A program made the position numbers and the translations under genes. A model generated the notes under the pieces. The model was given only the letters and a program-made list of their open reading frames with translations, was not told the DNA's origin and made no database searches. DNA of 64,000 bases from Hemiscyllium ocellatum (taxonomy: Eukaryota): the NCBI RefSeq assembly GCF_020745735.1, contig NC_083428.1:21328001-21392000 (forward strand), given 5' to 3'. Shown piece by piece: positions 32,110 through 45,215 of the stretch. Each line of letters starts with the position of its first letter. The first letter of the stretch is position 1.

Positions 32110-34245
32110 AAGCATACTGGACCTGGTATTGGGAAATGAGGCAGGCCAGGTGATCAAAATTTCAGTGGGGAAGCATTTTGAGAATACTGGCTATAATTTC
32201 ATAAAGGTTTGGACACATACATAGGGACCAGTGTGAACTTTGGATGAAGGTATTAATTTGGGAGTAGGCCTATTATAACTGAATCAGCCAAGAATTAGAG
32301 AATGTAGATTGAGAGAGAGAGGCTATTTGAGGATAAATCCACATCTGACATGAGGGAATCTTTTAAAGATCAGTTGAGTGCAGGATAGGCATGTTCCTAT
32401 GAAAATAAGGACAGGAATGACAGGATTTAGGAACTTGGATGTTGGCAAATTATCAACTTAGTCAAAAAAAGGAAACATACCTAATGTCAAGGCAACTAGA
32501 AACAAAATCCTTGAAAAATATGAGAAAGGTAGAAAGAAGCTCAAATGGGGAGTTAGGAGGTCTAAAAGGAGCTATGAAATGTCATTGGCCAGCAGGGTTA
32601 AGGAGAATCCCAATGCATTTCACACATATGTTAGGAGCTAGAGGGTAGCTAGGGAAAAAGTAGGCCCACTCAAGGACAAAGGAGGGAGGTTATGTGTGAT
32701 CTACACAAAATGGGTGTGATCTATAATAAATATTTTACATCAATATTCACCAAAGAGAGGGCTGTGAGGGATGTTGAGGTTAGGGAAAGGTGTGTGAATA
32801 TGATCAGGTTGGTCAACACAATGAAGGAGGAAATGTTGAGTGTCTTGAAATACATTAAGGTAAACAAGTCCCCAGGGCTGGAAGGGATCTAACCAAGAAT
32901 ACTATGGGAGGCAAGGGAGGAAATAAGTGGGACCTTAACAGATATCTTTGCATTCTGTTCGGACTCATATGAGGTTCCAGAGGACTAGAGAATGGCCAAT
33001 GTTGTTTCTTTGTTTAAGAAGGAAAACAGATATTCTAATTAATTACAGGCTGTTAAGCTTGACGCGATGGTGGGGAAGTTGTTGGAGAAGATACTGAGAG
33101 ACAGAATTAATACACATTTGGAAGCAAATGGACTTGTTAGTGATAGGCAGCATAGCTTTGTGTGAAGATGGTCATGCCTCACCAACTTGAGTTTTTTTGA
33201 GGAAGCAACAAGAATGACTGACGAGAGAATGGAAAGTCTACTTGGACTTTAGTAAAGCATTCAATAATGTACCTCATGGCAGGTTCATACAAAAGGTAGA
33301 GTCTCATGGATTTTGAAGTGAGCTGCCTAAATGGATACAAAACTGACTTGGTCATAGAAGACAGCAGTAGTAGTGGAAAGGTATTTTTCGGAATGGAAAT
33401 CAGTAATTAGTGTTCTGCAGGGATCAGTGCTAGGACTTTTATTATTTGTATTATGTAATAATGATCTGGAGGAAAATGTAGATGGCTTGATTGTTAAGTT
33501 TGCAGATGACACCAAAACTGGCAGACCTCGCAGATCATGAGGAGGATTGTCAAAGGACAGAGCAGGATATATTGCAGATTTGAACAGAAAAATGGCAGAC
33601 AGAGTTTAATCTGGACAAATGCGAGGTGATGAATTATAGAAAATCAAAGTTCAGGTGTGAATTATATAATAAATGGTAGAGCCCCTAACAATGTTGACAT
33701 ACAGAAAGATCTGGGCATACTAGTTCACAGATCCCTGAAAGTGATAACAAGGTGGATAAGGTGACCTTTATTGGCTGGTATTTTGAATACAAAAGTTGAC
33801 AAACAAAACAAAAAACCCAAAACAGGAGAGCACGATAGAAACACAAATTTATTCTTCATCAGATAAGTCTCATTCAAATGAATGGTCTTTTTGGGATGTC
33901 CAGGTCTCAATCTCAAAGCCAAAAGGCAAAGATAAGGCTGATAATCAGAGGCTTTTTCCCAGGTTGGGAATGTCAACTACAAGAGGGCACAGGTTCAAGG
34001 TGAGAGAGGGAGAAATGCAGGGAAAAGTTTTCACAGAGAGGATAGTAGGTGCCTGGCAAACATTTCCAGTAGAGGTGATGGAATCAAACACATTAGCAAT
34101 GTTTAAGGTGTATTTTGATAGACACATAAATAGGAAGCAAATAGAGGGACAGAAACTGAGTATGGGCAATAATTATCAGATCTAAATAAGGACTAGGAAT
34201 TGGCGCAGGCCTGGTGGGCTGACAGGCATGTTTCTGTGCTGTATA
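32110..34245 (+). mobile_element. CR1-type LINE, decayed ORF2 (endonuclease end to 3' end)
   Basis: KVNKSPGLEGI, LDFSKAF-like (cttggactttagtaaagcattc), KFADDTK (aagtttgcagatgacaccaaa), TTRGHRFKVR. Confidence 0.88.
33798..33922 (-). pseudogene. Inverted partial copy of OAZ1 exon 5 / 3' UTR (source 26740-26894)
   Basis: gacaaacaaaacaaaaaacccaaaacaggagagc...ttattcttcatcagat...ggatgtccaggtctcaatctcaaagccaa is the reverse complement of the OAZ1 stop region with ~30 nt deleted. Confidence 0.92.
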
Positions 34246-34496
34246 TTATTATTGTATTGAGCAAGATGTATAACAGGCTGCCCACTTCCTATTCTTAATT
34301 TTACATTATTGCACATAAGTTGATCCATCCTGTTATCTTTTACTGCCCTTTACAGTATCGGCTTTAAAGTCTTGAACCCAAAATAAAGGAAATGCAGTTG
34401 ATTCTACTGAGCCCATGCCTCACATGTTTGGATATGCAGCAAGATTAGAGAGATTTTTACAGAAAAGTATCCCTTGATATTTGCAAAGATGTCCTT

Positions 34497-35195
34497 TGTA
34501 ATAGCAATGCATGTTCTATAAACTCCAGAGTGCTATTTGATGTTGCTGAAACATGTAACTAACTAGTTATGACTGGTATTGACTAAGATGTGTCTGTTTT
34601 AGAAGTGCTTTACAGGTGACAAAGTGAATGTGGTATACCTATAACTATGCCTGCCTGAATCTGAAAACCTGGAATAGGTCAGCGTTTACATTCAGTCAGA
34701 AACCACAAATACAAAGCATACAATTAACTCACTAAGAACATTTCTCCTAGAAAATGGAAAGCATAACTATTGAAATGTAGGGAAATGAAAGTAAACTCAT
34801 TTGAAATTGTTATACTGCTTTATAGGGATTCTAAAAGTAGTGAATTAAAAAGTGCTTTCTTTGGAAATGGGTTGCTTTCACACCAAATAATTGAGGACAG
34901 ACATCTGGAACTAACAATGAAATCCTAGATATACCATTTTTCTCTAGGATAACAGATTATACTTCAGAGTCAAAGTTTATCGGCTAGATTTTTCTCTCAT
35001 GCTTCAGAACTCCGAAAGTTGGGAGCCGATGAGTGTCTTGGATCTGCATTTGGAAGTACCACATTCACCTTTTCACCTGTAAAGCACTTCTAAAACAGAC
35101 ACATCTTAGTCAATACCAGTCATAACTAGTTAGTTACATGTTTCAGCAACATCAAATAGCACTCTGGAGTTTATAGAATATGCATCGCTATTACA
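34497..35195. repeat. 139-bp inverted repeat (34497-34635 / 35057-35195), 421-bp spacer
   Basis: Arms are reverse complements with ~4 mismatches seen, all near the ends. Confidence 0.93.
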
Positions 35196-36506
35196 CATAC
35201 TTCCTCGAGACAGCTTCTTTGTTGGTCAACTTGAGGCTCTCTTAAGGAAGTCCAGTGAGCTCTCAGGACTGCTGACCCAATCAAAGGAACATCAATGCCC
35301 CTCAGAAGAGTTGGGTGCTGAAGAGGCAGGTTAAGGACTGAACATAGGAGGTTCCCTCTGAGACATCTATTCAAAACAAAACTTACTAGGGGCAAAACCA
35401 TCGGAAGTGGAGGGGAGTGTCTTCAAGGCCAAGGATTCAGAGTTTGCTGCCAGCTGGCCCTCCTTCAGTGGATGAAGCCTTCGATTCTGATGGACTTTCA
35501 GGTTAGTGCAGGAGGATTGCTTCCATTGCCATCGTGAAATTGAATCTAATTGGGTCCATGGTTAGCTTAATAGCTCATCTCCATGATGCAAAAATCTGAT
35601 TTGCTCCTCAGCTACCCAGGTGGGAAGTCTCCCTAGTGATCAGAATACATTACAGAACTGTCTTAACACAGTTCCTGCCTGTTTTATTTAGCCCTTCTGA
35701 CCTCTACACTCACAATAATTGAATTGAGAGAATTCTACCCATTGTGTGGTGTTGCACAAAGCATGCAGCTTTGCAAAATTTATATATGTTTCTCCGGCTT
35801 GCAGTGCGAGTGTGTTTGCCTGGGCATGTTGCTGAGGCACCAGGGCAGATTGGAGAGGCAGCAGCATCAGCAGAGTGATGGTATCTGAAGCAGCAGCTTA
35901 AAAACAGGCAGCTGAGGTCTCTCGGAGACTGAGATAAGTGGAGGACTCATCAGAGACTGATGAACTTTTAACATTGCTTTAGTTTCTTAGTTTAAATTAA
36001 GAAATACTCTAACGTTAAGAATTTCCATATTTCTTTATTTTTCTCCTTATTCTATGAAGTAATGCTTACCTTTTTAACTCATGTACAAAGTAGTAAGAGA
36101 AACAAGGTTCCTAGTTACCTTGGTACCTAAAATGGCGCCTTGTGTGACTACGTTATGCACTTTTCACTGTATTCCTGTACTTCTGTATTTGAGAACACTT
36201 GACAAAATCTAAATCTAAATCTAATGTATGAATCATTATATCTTTTGTTAGGTAACTATATGTAGTTATATTTTTAGAATTACTTTTAACTTATAAATAT
36301 AATTTTGCATATTTCTGTTTGTAAGTGTTGCTTTTAGTTGGGAGTTAGCCACAAAAGAGCTGGGATTTGGCTCAATAACTCTCAGGCACAATGAGCTGTC
36401 GGACCTTCTCTGCTGTTACCTTTTCAATGGTTCTGTAAGGGTAATGACAGTAGCTAAGAGTACCTTCCTCTGGCTTTAAACCTGTACAATGTAGTGTCAT
36501 TAAATA

Positions 36507-36734
36507 CAGGTATCCCCCGCTTTTTGAAAGTTCGCTTTATGCCACTTCACTTTTACGAAAGATCTACAATAGTACGTGTTTTTGCTAATCAAAAGAAATT
36601 CAAAGAGGACTTCTACTTTTACAAAGAAAGGCAAAACTTTTCCCATCAAAGTTAATGCTTCTTTGCTTTACACCATTTCAGCTTATGAAAGGTTTCATGG
36701 GAATGCTCTACTTTCGGAGAGCAGGGGAAACCTG
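36507..36734. mobile_element. Tc1/mariner (Tigger-like) MITE
   Basis: TA-CAGGTATCCCCCGCTTTTTGAAAGT ... ACTTTCGGAGAGCAGGGGAAACCTG-TC: imperfect 25-bp TIRs; right TA appears mutated. Confidence 0.75.
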
Positions 36735-36883
36735 TCTAACCATTCACAAATCTTCCCTTACTTCAGTCAGAGTCAATATTTCAAAACAGTTTGAATATCA
36801 ATGTTTTTAGAGTCTATTTAAGATGCCTGACAATGTACTAGTTAAGATGAAATATTTAGTTCCAGACTGCCTCAAGTCAGGAA

Positions 36884-37318
36884 TGATTTGGTGATGCCGG
36901 TGTTGGAGTACTGAGTTCAAAAACTGCAGGAGTTTATGTAAAACACTGTTATCTCACTTATTAGATTTGAATCAATCTAAACATCAGGTCATAGAACACA
37001 GGGGGCTAACACCTTCAACATATTGTCTAGCTATCACCATTGTTAGCAGCTAACCCGAGAATGCAACTTTAAAAAGAAGGGTTTTGTGAATTACACATGA
37101 AAGAAGTGAAACTATCACTGTATTCCAACAGATGAAACGCTTAACAGACAATCAGTTTTTCAATGTATAATTTCAGTTACATCACACTGCAAACTTTTGC
37201 TATAAATTCTGTGATCGAGCCCTACACAATCATCTGATGAAGGAGCATCGCTCCGAAAGCTAGTGTGCTTCCAATTAAACCTATTGGACTATAACCTGGT
37301 GTTGTGTGATTTTTAACT
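36884..37318 (+). mobile_element. Penelope-derived terminal-repeat element with short inverted 5' tail
   Basis: 37018-37318 duplicates 29345-29648; starts with atgatttggtgatgccggtgttgga, the inverse of the family tail seen at 56728-56752. Confidence 0.75.
37231..37265 (+). ncRNA. Minimal type I hammerhead ribozyme motif, core intact
   Basis: CAT-CTGATGA-A-GGAGC-ATC-GCTCC-GAAA-GC-TA-GTG. Confidence 0.72.
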
Positions 37319-38469
37319 CAAGTCAGGAAGTGTGCTACAGTTTGTGAGTTTCACTTATGGTGCTCAGCAGTTTAGTGATCAAGCAATGTCGTGCACAATT
37401 TTAAATGTTGAGGAAATGTTTGTATTTTTCTGTTCACTTGAACTCACTAAATTGCAGCTGGACTGCTCCATTTAGAGGATGACTTTAGAACTATGGAAAT
37501 TTATAGCATGGAAGGAAGCAATTCAAATTATTGTATCCGCCCCATTCCCATTCTGGCTTCTATATCATTGACCTCTGGCACTATTTGAATGAAGCTCAAT
37601 GGTAGCTTGAGATACAATACTTTATCTTTGGATTAGGTACCTCACAGTCTCAAAACATCAGTGAGTTAATCAGTTTCCAGTCTAATCACTATTTAGCTGT
37701 TGGCAGCTCTTGGTAATGATTTGGCTATGACACCTCACCACAGATAGACCTATTCTCTGTTTGTTTATTTATCTCATTGCCATCCTGTTTAGGTTTGTTT
37801 TTGTTTTTGTCATTTAATCTTGTTTGCCTTCCATCCTAGCGCAGAATCTTATGGAGGAAATGTTATCTTGGCTGCTGGTTGAATGTTCAGTGGGAACCCT
37901 TACATCATCTGTTTTTAAGAAGGCTCACCACTAACAGGCCAGTGATGTGGATGAAGAATGCAATGGACAGAAGTCTTGTTCACCATATGAGAAAAGGCTG
38001 GCAGATCCACTATATTCAGCAGCACTACTTGGCAGCTAGTGGCTACTGCCAATACTACCTGAGGCTTCTGACCAGAGACGGAACCAAGACGGAGCGATAA
38101 CTTTGGAGGTTGGGTAGGTGGCACTGGTTGCAGGGTGGTGGACAAGTGAGGAGCATCAATAGAAAGGGGAAGGGTAGCTTTCAGTGCTCCCACCCCACCA
38201 TTTCCCCTTTGGGAGCCTGAATACAGATAATGCACTGGGGACCAGAGTTTAAACGCTGCCATGACAGATGATGGAATTTGGATTCAGTAATTAAGAAGTT
38301 AAGGCTCTAATGGTGATCATGATAACATTGTCAATTGGTGTAAAGATACATCTGGTTCAGCAAGTGTCCATTAGGGAAGAAGATTGCCATCTTAACCTGG
38401 TTTGGCTTGCATGTGACTCCAGATCCACAGTGATATGGTTAACTCTTAACTGTTGGGACTGGACAGTTT

Positions 38470-38885
38470 GAGTTATAAAAATAGGCTGGGACCTCTTTCA
38501 CTGGAGCATAGCAATTTTAGGGGTGACTTATAGAGGTTTATAAAATCACGAAGGCATGGATAAGATGAATAGCAAAGATTTATTCTGAGGATGAGTGAGT
38601 TCAAAACTAAGGGGCATATTTTTGAGGTGAGAAGAGAAAAATTTAAAAGGGACTTGAGGGACAATGTTTTCACACAGAGGGCGTTCTCTATGTGGAATGA
38701 CTGCCAGCTAGCTGCAGGTACAGTTACAACCTTTAAAAGACATTTGGAAAGGTACACGAATAGGAAAGGTTTAGTGGGATGTGGGCCAAACATAGGCAAA
38801 TAGGACTAGTTTAATTTGGGAACCATAGTCAGCATGGAGAGTTGGAACAAAGTGGGTGTTTCCATGATGTGTGGCTCTACAATTC
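38470..38885 (+). mobile_element. CR1-type LINE 3' end
   Basis: KTKGHIFEVRREKFKRDLRDNVFTQR...FKRHLERY. Confidence 0.85.
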
Positions 38886-39849
38886 TACGTTTGACCTACT
38901 TTTGAGCAAATTGTTGCATCAATGAGGCATTTAATTAAAAGAAAAAGGACTATGTTCGGTCACCATAAAATGCAACCATGAAACTTTCAAGTACTTTTGT
39001 CATAAAAATCCAATTTGTTTTCTGATGACTTTTATTTATTTTAATAACGGTGGTCCTTACCTGGTCTGGTTTAAGTGTAACACAAAACTATTGAATCTAA
39101 CTCTTTACCAGCATCTTTGTGAAGTGGCCTCATAAGCATCCAAATTTTATTAAACTACTTGCAGTGGTTATGGCTCGCCTCAACTGATCTTGTCAGTGAT
39201 GTCACCCATAATTAATTAATAAAGATGGTATCTGTCTATTGGACATCCAGTAGTTCCAGGTAAAACCAGCTGAGGCAATGTAAAATTAGTTCCCAAACTA
39301 ATGTGTGACACTTCATTATACATGTCCCTTTGCAACTAAACTAAGTTGTTGCCACACTGAAGCTTTCCATATTAAGTTGCCAATACAGGAAATTTCTATT
39401 CAGGATCTTGCAAGAATTGTGAGAAAGCAGGTGCTAACCAGAAGCAATGACCAAAGCATATACTCACTTGGAAGCTACAATGTCTATTGTCACTATTTTC
39501 AAGGATTTAAATAGAGAGGTTTCTGGAAGGATCATGGGGAACATGACTTTAACTATATTGCATAGATACAGAAGCTATAGTAAATATGGAGCATTTTGAT
39601 TGGGATATTTGGGTTTAGAGTGATTGTGAAGCACACTCACCATCTAACTGAGGACTCTTCAATACCACCAGTCCACTCAACCAGTTGAAATGATGCAAAG
39701 TGAAGCATGTAAATTTGAATTTGAATTAGCTTTATTGTCACATGCACTCAAATGAGTAAAGTGAAACTTACGGTCCCATCTTAGGTACAAGATACCTAGG
39801 TACAGATTCTTAATTACATGTTCTTATGATAAACATATACTCTTTGGAA

Positions 39850-41245
39850 ACTGAGCTGACCAATCCTTTATCCCCTTCACCATCAGGGCAGACCCCCTGA
39901 AGGTTCTGGAGGAGCCCGGGCATGCCCCAAATCTTGGAAGGAGCGTGATACTAAGGTGAGGCAGAAATTGGTTAAATGGGAACACCCATTGCGCTCCATG
40001 GCGGGAAAATTCTGGTCATCAGCTGTGAGGTACTCTCAGTGTTGTTATATGTGGTGCAGGCCTAGCCTGTTCCCCAAACCTGCACCGTCACAATCACCCA
40101 GGCCAGCTTTCACTTCATGTGGAGGTCAAAGGTGAACTGTGTCTGAAGGGACACCATGTACAAAGACTTGGAGGAACAGGGAGAAAAACACACCCAAGGC
40201 TACCCTCACCCTGATGGCCACTTTTATGCATGGCTACATCAAGCTGTGCCTGCATTCTTTGTACACAAACACTTAGTGTTACTATGTAATTAAGTTCTAC
40301 CTGTTCCCGGTGTTGCAAAGGATGGACCTGGCCTCACTGCCATACTCTTTGTTCTGACTCTCCATGCTGACTCTAATTCCCAAACTGCTCCAAGTAGTTG
40401 GACCGTTCTGTACTACCAGTCCTTCATCGAGAAATTTGTGAAGGAAAACCCTTTTGACCTCAAGACCATCAGGAAGTGGTCAGCACATAGTGTCCTTGAG
40501 ACTCTTCAGGAAAAGGGCAGGATGGATCCTGTCGAGTGATTCCCTGGGCAGACCAGGACATCACTTGGTGGATGGTGAGAAGGGCTCTGCCGATGAAATC
40601 CTTCATGCATGCCTGGACTCTCTGTGCCACTGCATGCTGCCCTTGAAGTGGCTGTGGAGTGTTCAAGACTGTCACATACCTCCTTCTGGAATGTGCCTAT
40701 GCAAAGGAAGTCTGGCAAGGAATGCAATGGTGTTTTTTGAGGTTCATCCTGAGCAGCTCCATGAAGCAGGATATTGTGCTGTATGGTCTGCTCCCAAGAC
40801 TCACACTGAGACGAACATCAACTGTGACTGAAGGACCATCAACTTGGTGAAAGACGCTCTTTGGTCTGCCCGAAGCTACTGGTCTTCCAGTTGAAGGAGT
40901 TGACCCTGACTGAATGTTGCACACTGACACATTCCAAGGTCCAGGACTATGTGCTGAGGGATGCACGAAAACTTGGAGCAGCTGCCACCAAGGCACAGTG
41001 AGGAAAGACCACCGTATAAAGTCCTTCACCAAAGAATAACGAGGGGGTTCATTCAATAATTGGGCCCCGCTGATGCCTCAGCTAAAGGCCAAGAGGTTGA
41101 CTGTAAATATAGAGAATGGTGAACATCAAAGACTTAATTTGTTCTCGGCCAGTAAAGAGAGTGTAGATCTGAATGGCTTCATTAACTGTATATATACCAA
41201 AGATTTCTTTCTTTGAATAATATATATTTTTGCAATAAAAAAATC
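39850..41245 (+). mobile_element. Tx1-like (L1 group) LINE, decayed 3' part of ORF2 plus 3' UTR
   Basis: TKVRQKLVKWEH, TLTLMATF, KTVTYLLLECAYAKEVW (zf-RVT-like), INLVKDALWSAR, HSKVQDYVLRDA; ends gcaataaaaaa. Confidence 0.75.
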
Positions 41246-44200
41246 GAAAGACAAAAAAGTAATATGTCCAGAATCTTCCAGCCATTAGCATGATTTTCCT
41301 TGAGATAGATGTGCATTGTTAAAACAAGTTTTCTGGAAAACAGTCACAAACATGTTCTAATACAGTTTATCCTGACAATTTTTAACTTGGAGACACAACA
41401 GGAAATGTGAAGGTCCATCTTGCATTTCACTACATTTTTAACAGTGGCCAAAATTCCTTCCAGGTGTCACCAAATCATTGGATCTTACAACACTTTGAAT
41501 CAATTTAATTCCTCCATCCAGAAAGATCCCACATTTCCTTTTGCCAAATCTAGTTTGTTCTAGTTTTACCTTTGGGCATCCTGGCACAATTTTGTGTCCC
41601 ACAAATTATCTTTCTGTAAGTGAAGATTTTTGAAGCAGCTACTGTCGAGCCTTTGCAATTAGCTATGACTGTTACATTGCATTGTAATGCAAATATGATT
41701 AAAGAAGCTGACATTTGACAGAAATACATTGAAAAAGTTTTCCTCCTCTGTGAAAAGGCCCCTAGCCTGGTAGCATTTATACATCAATGGCGTTGGCCAT
41801 CAATACATTCTCAGTTTCTAAATAATAATGTTCTTCTAGGTTATCTCAGGACAAAGTGACAGAATAAACTAATCTTCTGTCCAGAGATGTAGTGAGAAGG
41901 TTACAGATGCATTATTAGGAACATTGAGATCATCTCTGACACAGATTTTGTAGAACATTCTACATAAGCGCGCACACAACAAAGTAGAGAAGGTTAACCC
42001 AGGAAGCAAAAATCTAGAAACATTGTTGTGAGCATGTAAGGGTGAAATCAAGTTCAGTGATATGGCAGAGTTTGACGTTTGCACATGGGATTTATCAGCC
42101 TCCTTAGAACCCATTGAACCAGAGTGGAAGAAAGTCAGCCTTGATCCTCTGGGACTGCCTATAGAGATATACTTCTCAAATTCAATTTCCCAAATATAGG
42201 TGAATTTGTTAAATTAACTTTTCTGCCCTCAACATTTTAAAAAAGGAAACTGTTCTAGGGAATCATATTTTTTGGGTGGGGGCACAGTTTTACTATTTGC
42301 TTATTTTCCAAGTTATCTACAGGTCAATTACCTTTTCAATGTGCAGTTCTCATACGCTTGTTTCAGAAACCACTTTTTCTTTCTCAGCTTTTTGTTTCAT
42401 CCCCTACTCTGATGACGTGGGAAATTAGTTACATGGATCTCTGTTCACTTATCTTTAGGGCATACTCAACTCTTGTCTCCTTGAAGTGTCTTGACCCGCA
42501 GATTTTAGGTTTGCTCAACATTTTAAAACAACAGTGATAAGGAAGCTGGTCTGGTTAGAAAAATAATCTCTTCATATTACGGTGCTGTTTCCAAGTATTC
42601 ATAATCAAAAGTGCCTTCCTCACATACAGTGTGGAAAAAGAAATGTCAAACTGAAAGAACTTACTTGTATTTATATAGCACTTTTCACAATCTCAGGATG
42701 CCCACAATTATTTTATAATTAACTATTTCTCACTACTACATAAATTCCACACGCAGTATTTCTTTTGCATTCTCCAGGTTCAATAGGGGACCATTGAACA
42801 AATGTCTTTCTAAGCCAACTTTGCAAATATTCAGGCAAACTCCTGTCAAAACCAAATATGATGGACTGGACACTGGGTCAGGATGACTGAATCGTACCTT
42901 CCCATATTTCCTAAACTCTCAAATGGCCAAAAGTTCCGAGGTGGACAAAAAAAAGACACAAACTTCTTGAAGTTTTCCTTGAAAGGGGCAGCATTAATGT
43001 CAATGACTAGCAACAACTTGCTAAGAACTGTTCAAAATGGTGACAACCTGTACATCAAGCTGCTTCATGGTTTGAGTTGAAATACCTTAAAGAGGAGGTT
43101 GCATGGCAGCAGAGAAGGAAAGAAAAGACAGCAAATGCTGCACTCTGGATCCCACTACCTTGTGTGACATCCTGCTGCATGTACCCAGTAATCTTCAGGT
43201 TGAGAATTGGGTAGTTCAGTCTTGTGAGGACCCATAGCTGAACTTGTCACCCTGAGGAGATGTCATCCTTGAATTGAGGAACAACAAGTGATTGCTACAA
43301 ATAAAACTTCAGAATTGTGGACAGTTTTGCTATGGAGATAAATCCAAGATCTCCCAAACAGCAATGAGTTAATCAGACGATCATTTTCCATTTAGTCATA
43401 AGAGATGCACATTAGTCAGGACACCAAGAAAACTCTTTCTCAAATAGTGCCATGGGTTCTTTAACACCCTTTAAAGGAGCAGATAGGGTCTTACTTCAAT
43501 AACCCATCTAAAAACTGGAATGTAATACAGTGCAGTAACCCCTCAACCTAGATCATGGTTTCAAGTCCCTGAATGCGACTTAAACTCATAAACTTTTGAC
43601 ACAGGATATACACTGGAATTTATTCTACTTTGGAAAATTAATTCTGAGTAAAATGAACTATTATGTCAGTGTAGTTCTCGTGAAGAAATTTGAATTTCCT
43701 TTGAAATAATATCAAAGATGTCACAAAGAGCAATTTAGTATCTCCTTCAGGAAATATTACACAAATGAGTGTGCCTGTAGATGGTACTAAAGACCAACAC
43801 TCAGTTCTTAAGAAAAATGAAGTAATTTCTATGCTGTCACAAAGAATCCCCTTGTGATCTTGTTTTCTACCCTGCCTTTTCCTAGCAATCATTATCATCT
43901 TTCCCGTTCTGTGCTCGTTTTTTTATGCAAATATTTCCAATGCCTGCATCTCATCTTCTTTACCCAAAATGTTCTCGTCTCCTCTGCAGTTTTCTTTATA
44001 TGACTCAGTTGTCTGTGTCATTATCTTTCTCACATACGTAGTGGTCTTAGCTCTGTAGTCATAAAGGCATTGAGATTACTTTAAATGTCAGCACTCCCTT
44101 ACTTGTTGCTCTATATGAATATATGTAGTATAATGTTGACATTCAAAAGCAAATTTGAGCAAGTTTACAGGAAAGACTCTTAGTTAGATATTAAAGCTAC

Positions 44201-45215
44201 AGAAATCTATGAAAAATCTTAAGAATGAATGAGAAATTTGCTGATGAGTAGAAAACAATGCATACATTGGGTGAAATTGTGTCAAGATATTGGCAAGTAA
44301 AGAGTAGAATATTCTAAAATTGATCTCGAGTCCAGCTTTGATCCCAAAACTTACATCAATAAATGGGAACTCAAAACAACCTTGTAACATGATACCAAGC
44401 TGGGGGTAGTTAGTGCAATCAAACAGTGCAGCTTGTAAATCACAAAATGAGTAGGAGAAAATATGTAAATAGATAAAACAACAGAATTAAATTTATTTTT
44501 TGGAGCTCTTTTAGTGCAGTAATAATAGCCCTACGCTGGTTCAACTCCACACTCAGATCTTGGTGGCTAACAGATGATTGCTGAAATGTGGTCAAACAGA
44601 CTGGCTATCAACTTGTAATTCCTTCTGATACACCTATTGCAGGAAGTACGAGTGGGACAGTCTCCTGCTTAGCCTCCCATGTTAAAATATTCCATGTGCA
44701 GGATCATTGTCATGTGTAAGTGTTTTTGTCTTTCTGAGGGACAACCACTCACAAAAAAACACGGATTTAATATGATTAGACATACGAACTGTATGTAGGG
44801 TGGGAAAATGGGTGACCCACTGCATGAACCATGTTGGATGGCAGGTGATATCGAAAATGGATCAGGATATGTAATGTAGCCATTGGGCAGCATATGTAGC
44901 CAATGCTGAGCAGCAAGCCACAAAATCTGTGGAACATTGAATTGCTGTGACAAAAAAATGAATGTTTTTACATTCAAAACATATCTAGTTCTGTTCTCTC
45001 AGACTCAAGGGAAGCAGTCAGATTTGTATTAATACACAAGAGAGTCGCAAGATTGATTTCCTTATCAAAAGTGAGAAAACACTTGAGAAACAACAATCTC
45101 CATGCTTTCGGTCTTGAAAAAAGTGCCTAAGAAATAATCTTTCAGTGCCATATAAAATGTTGCTACTTCTTGGTCAGATGCTCTGGATTCCATAAAAGCT
45201 TCTTTAACAAGGTTG

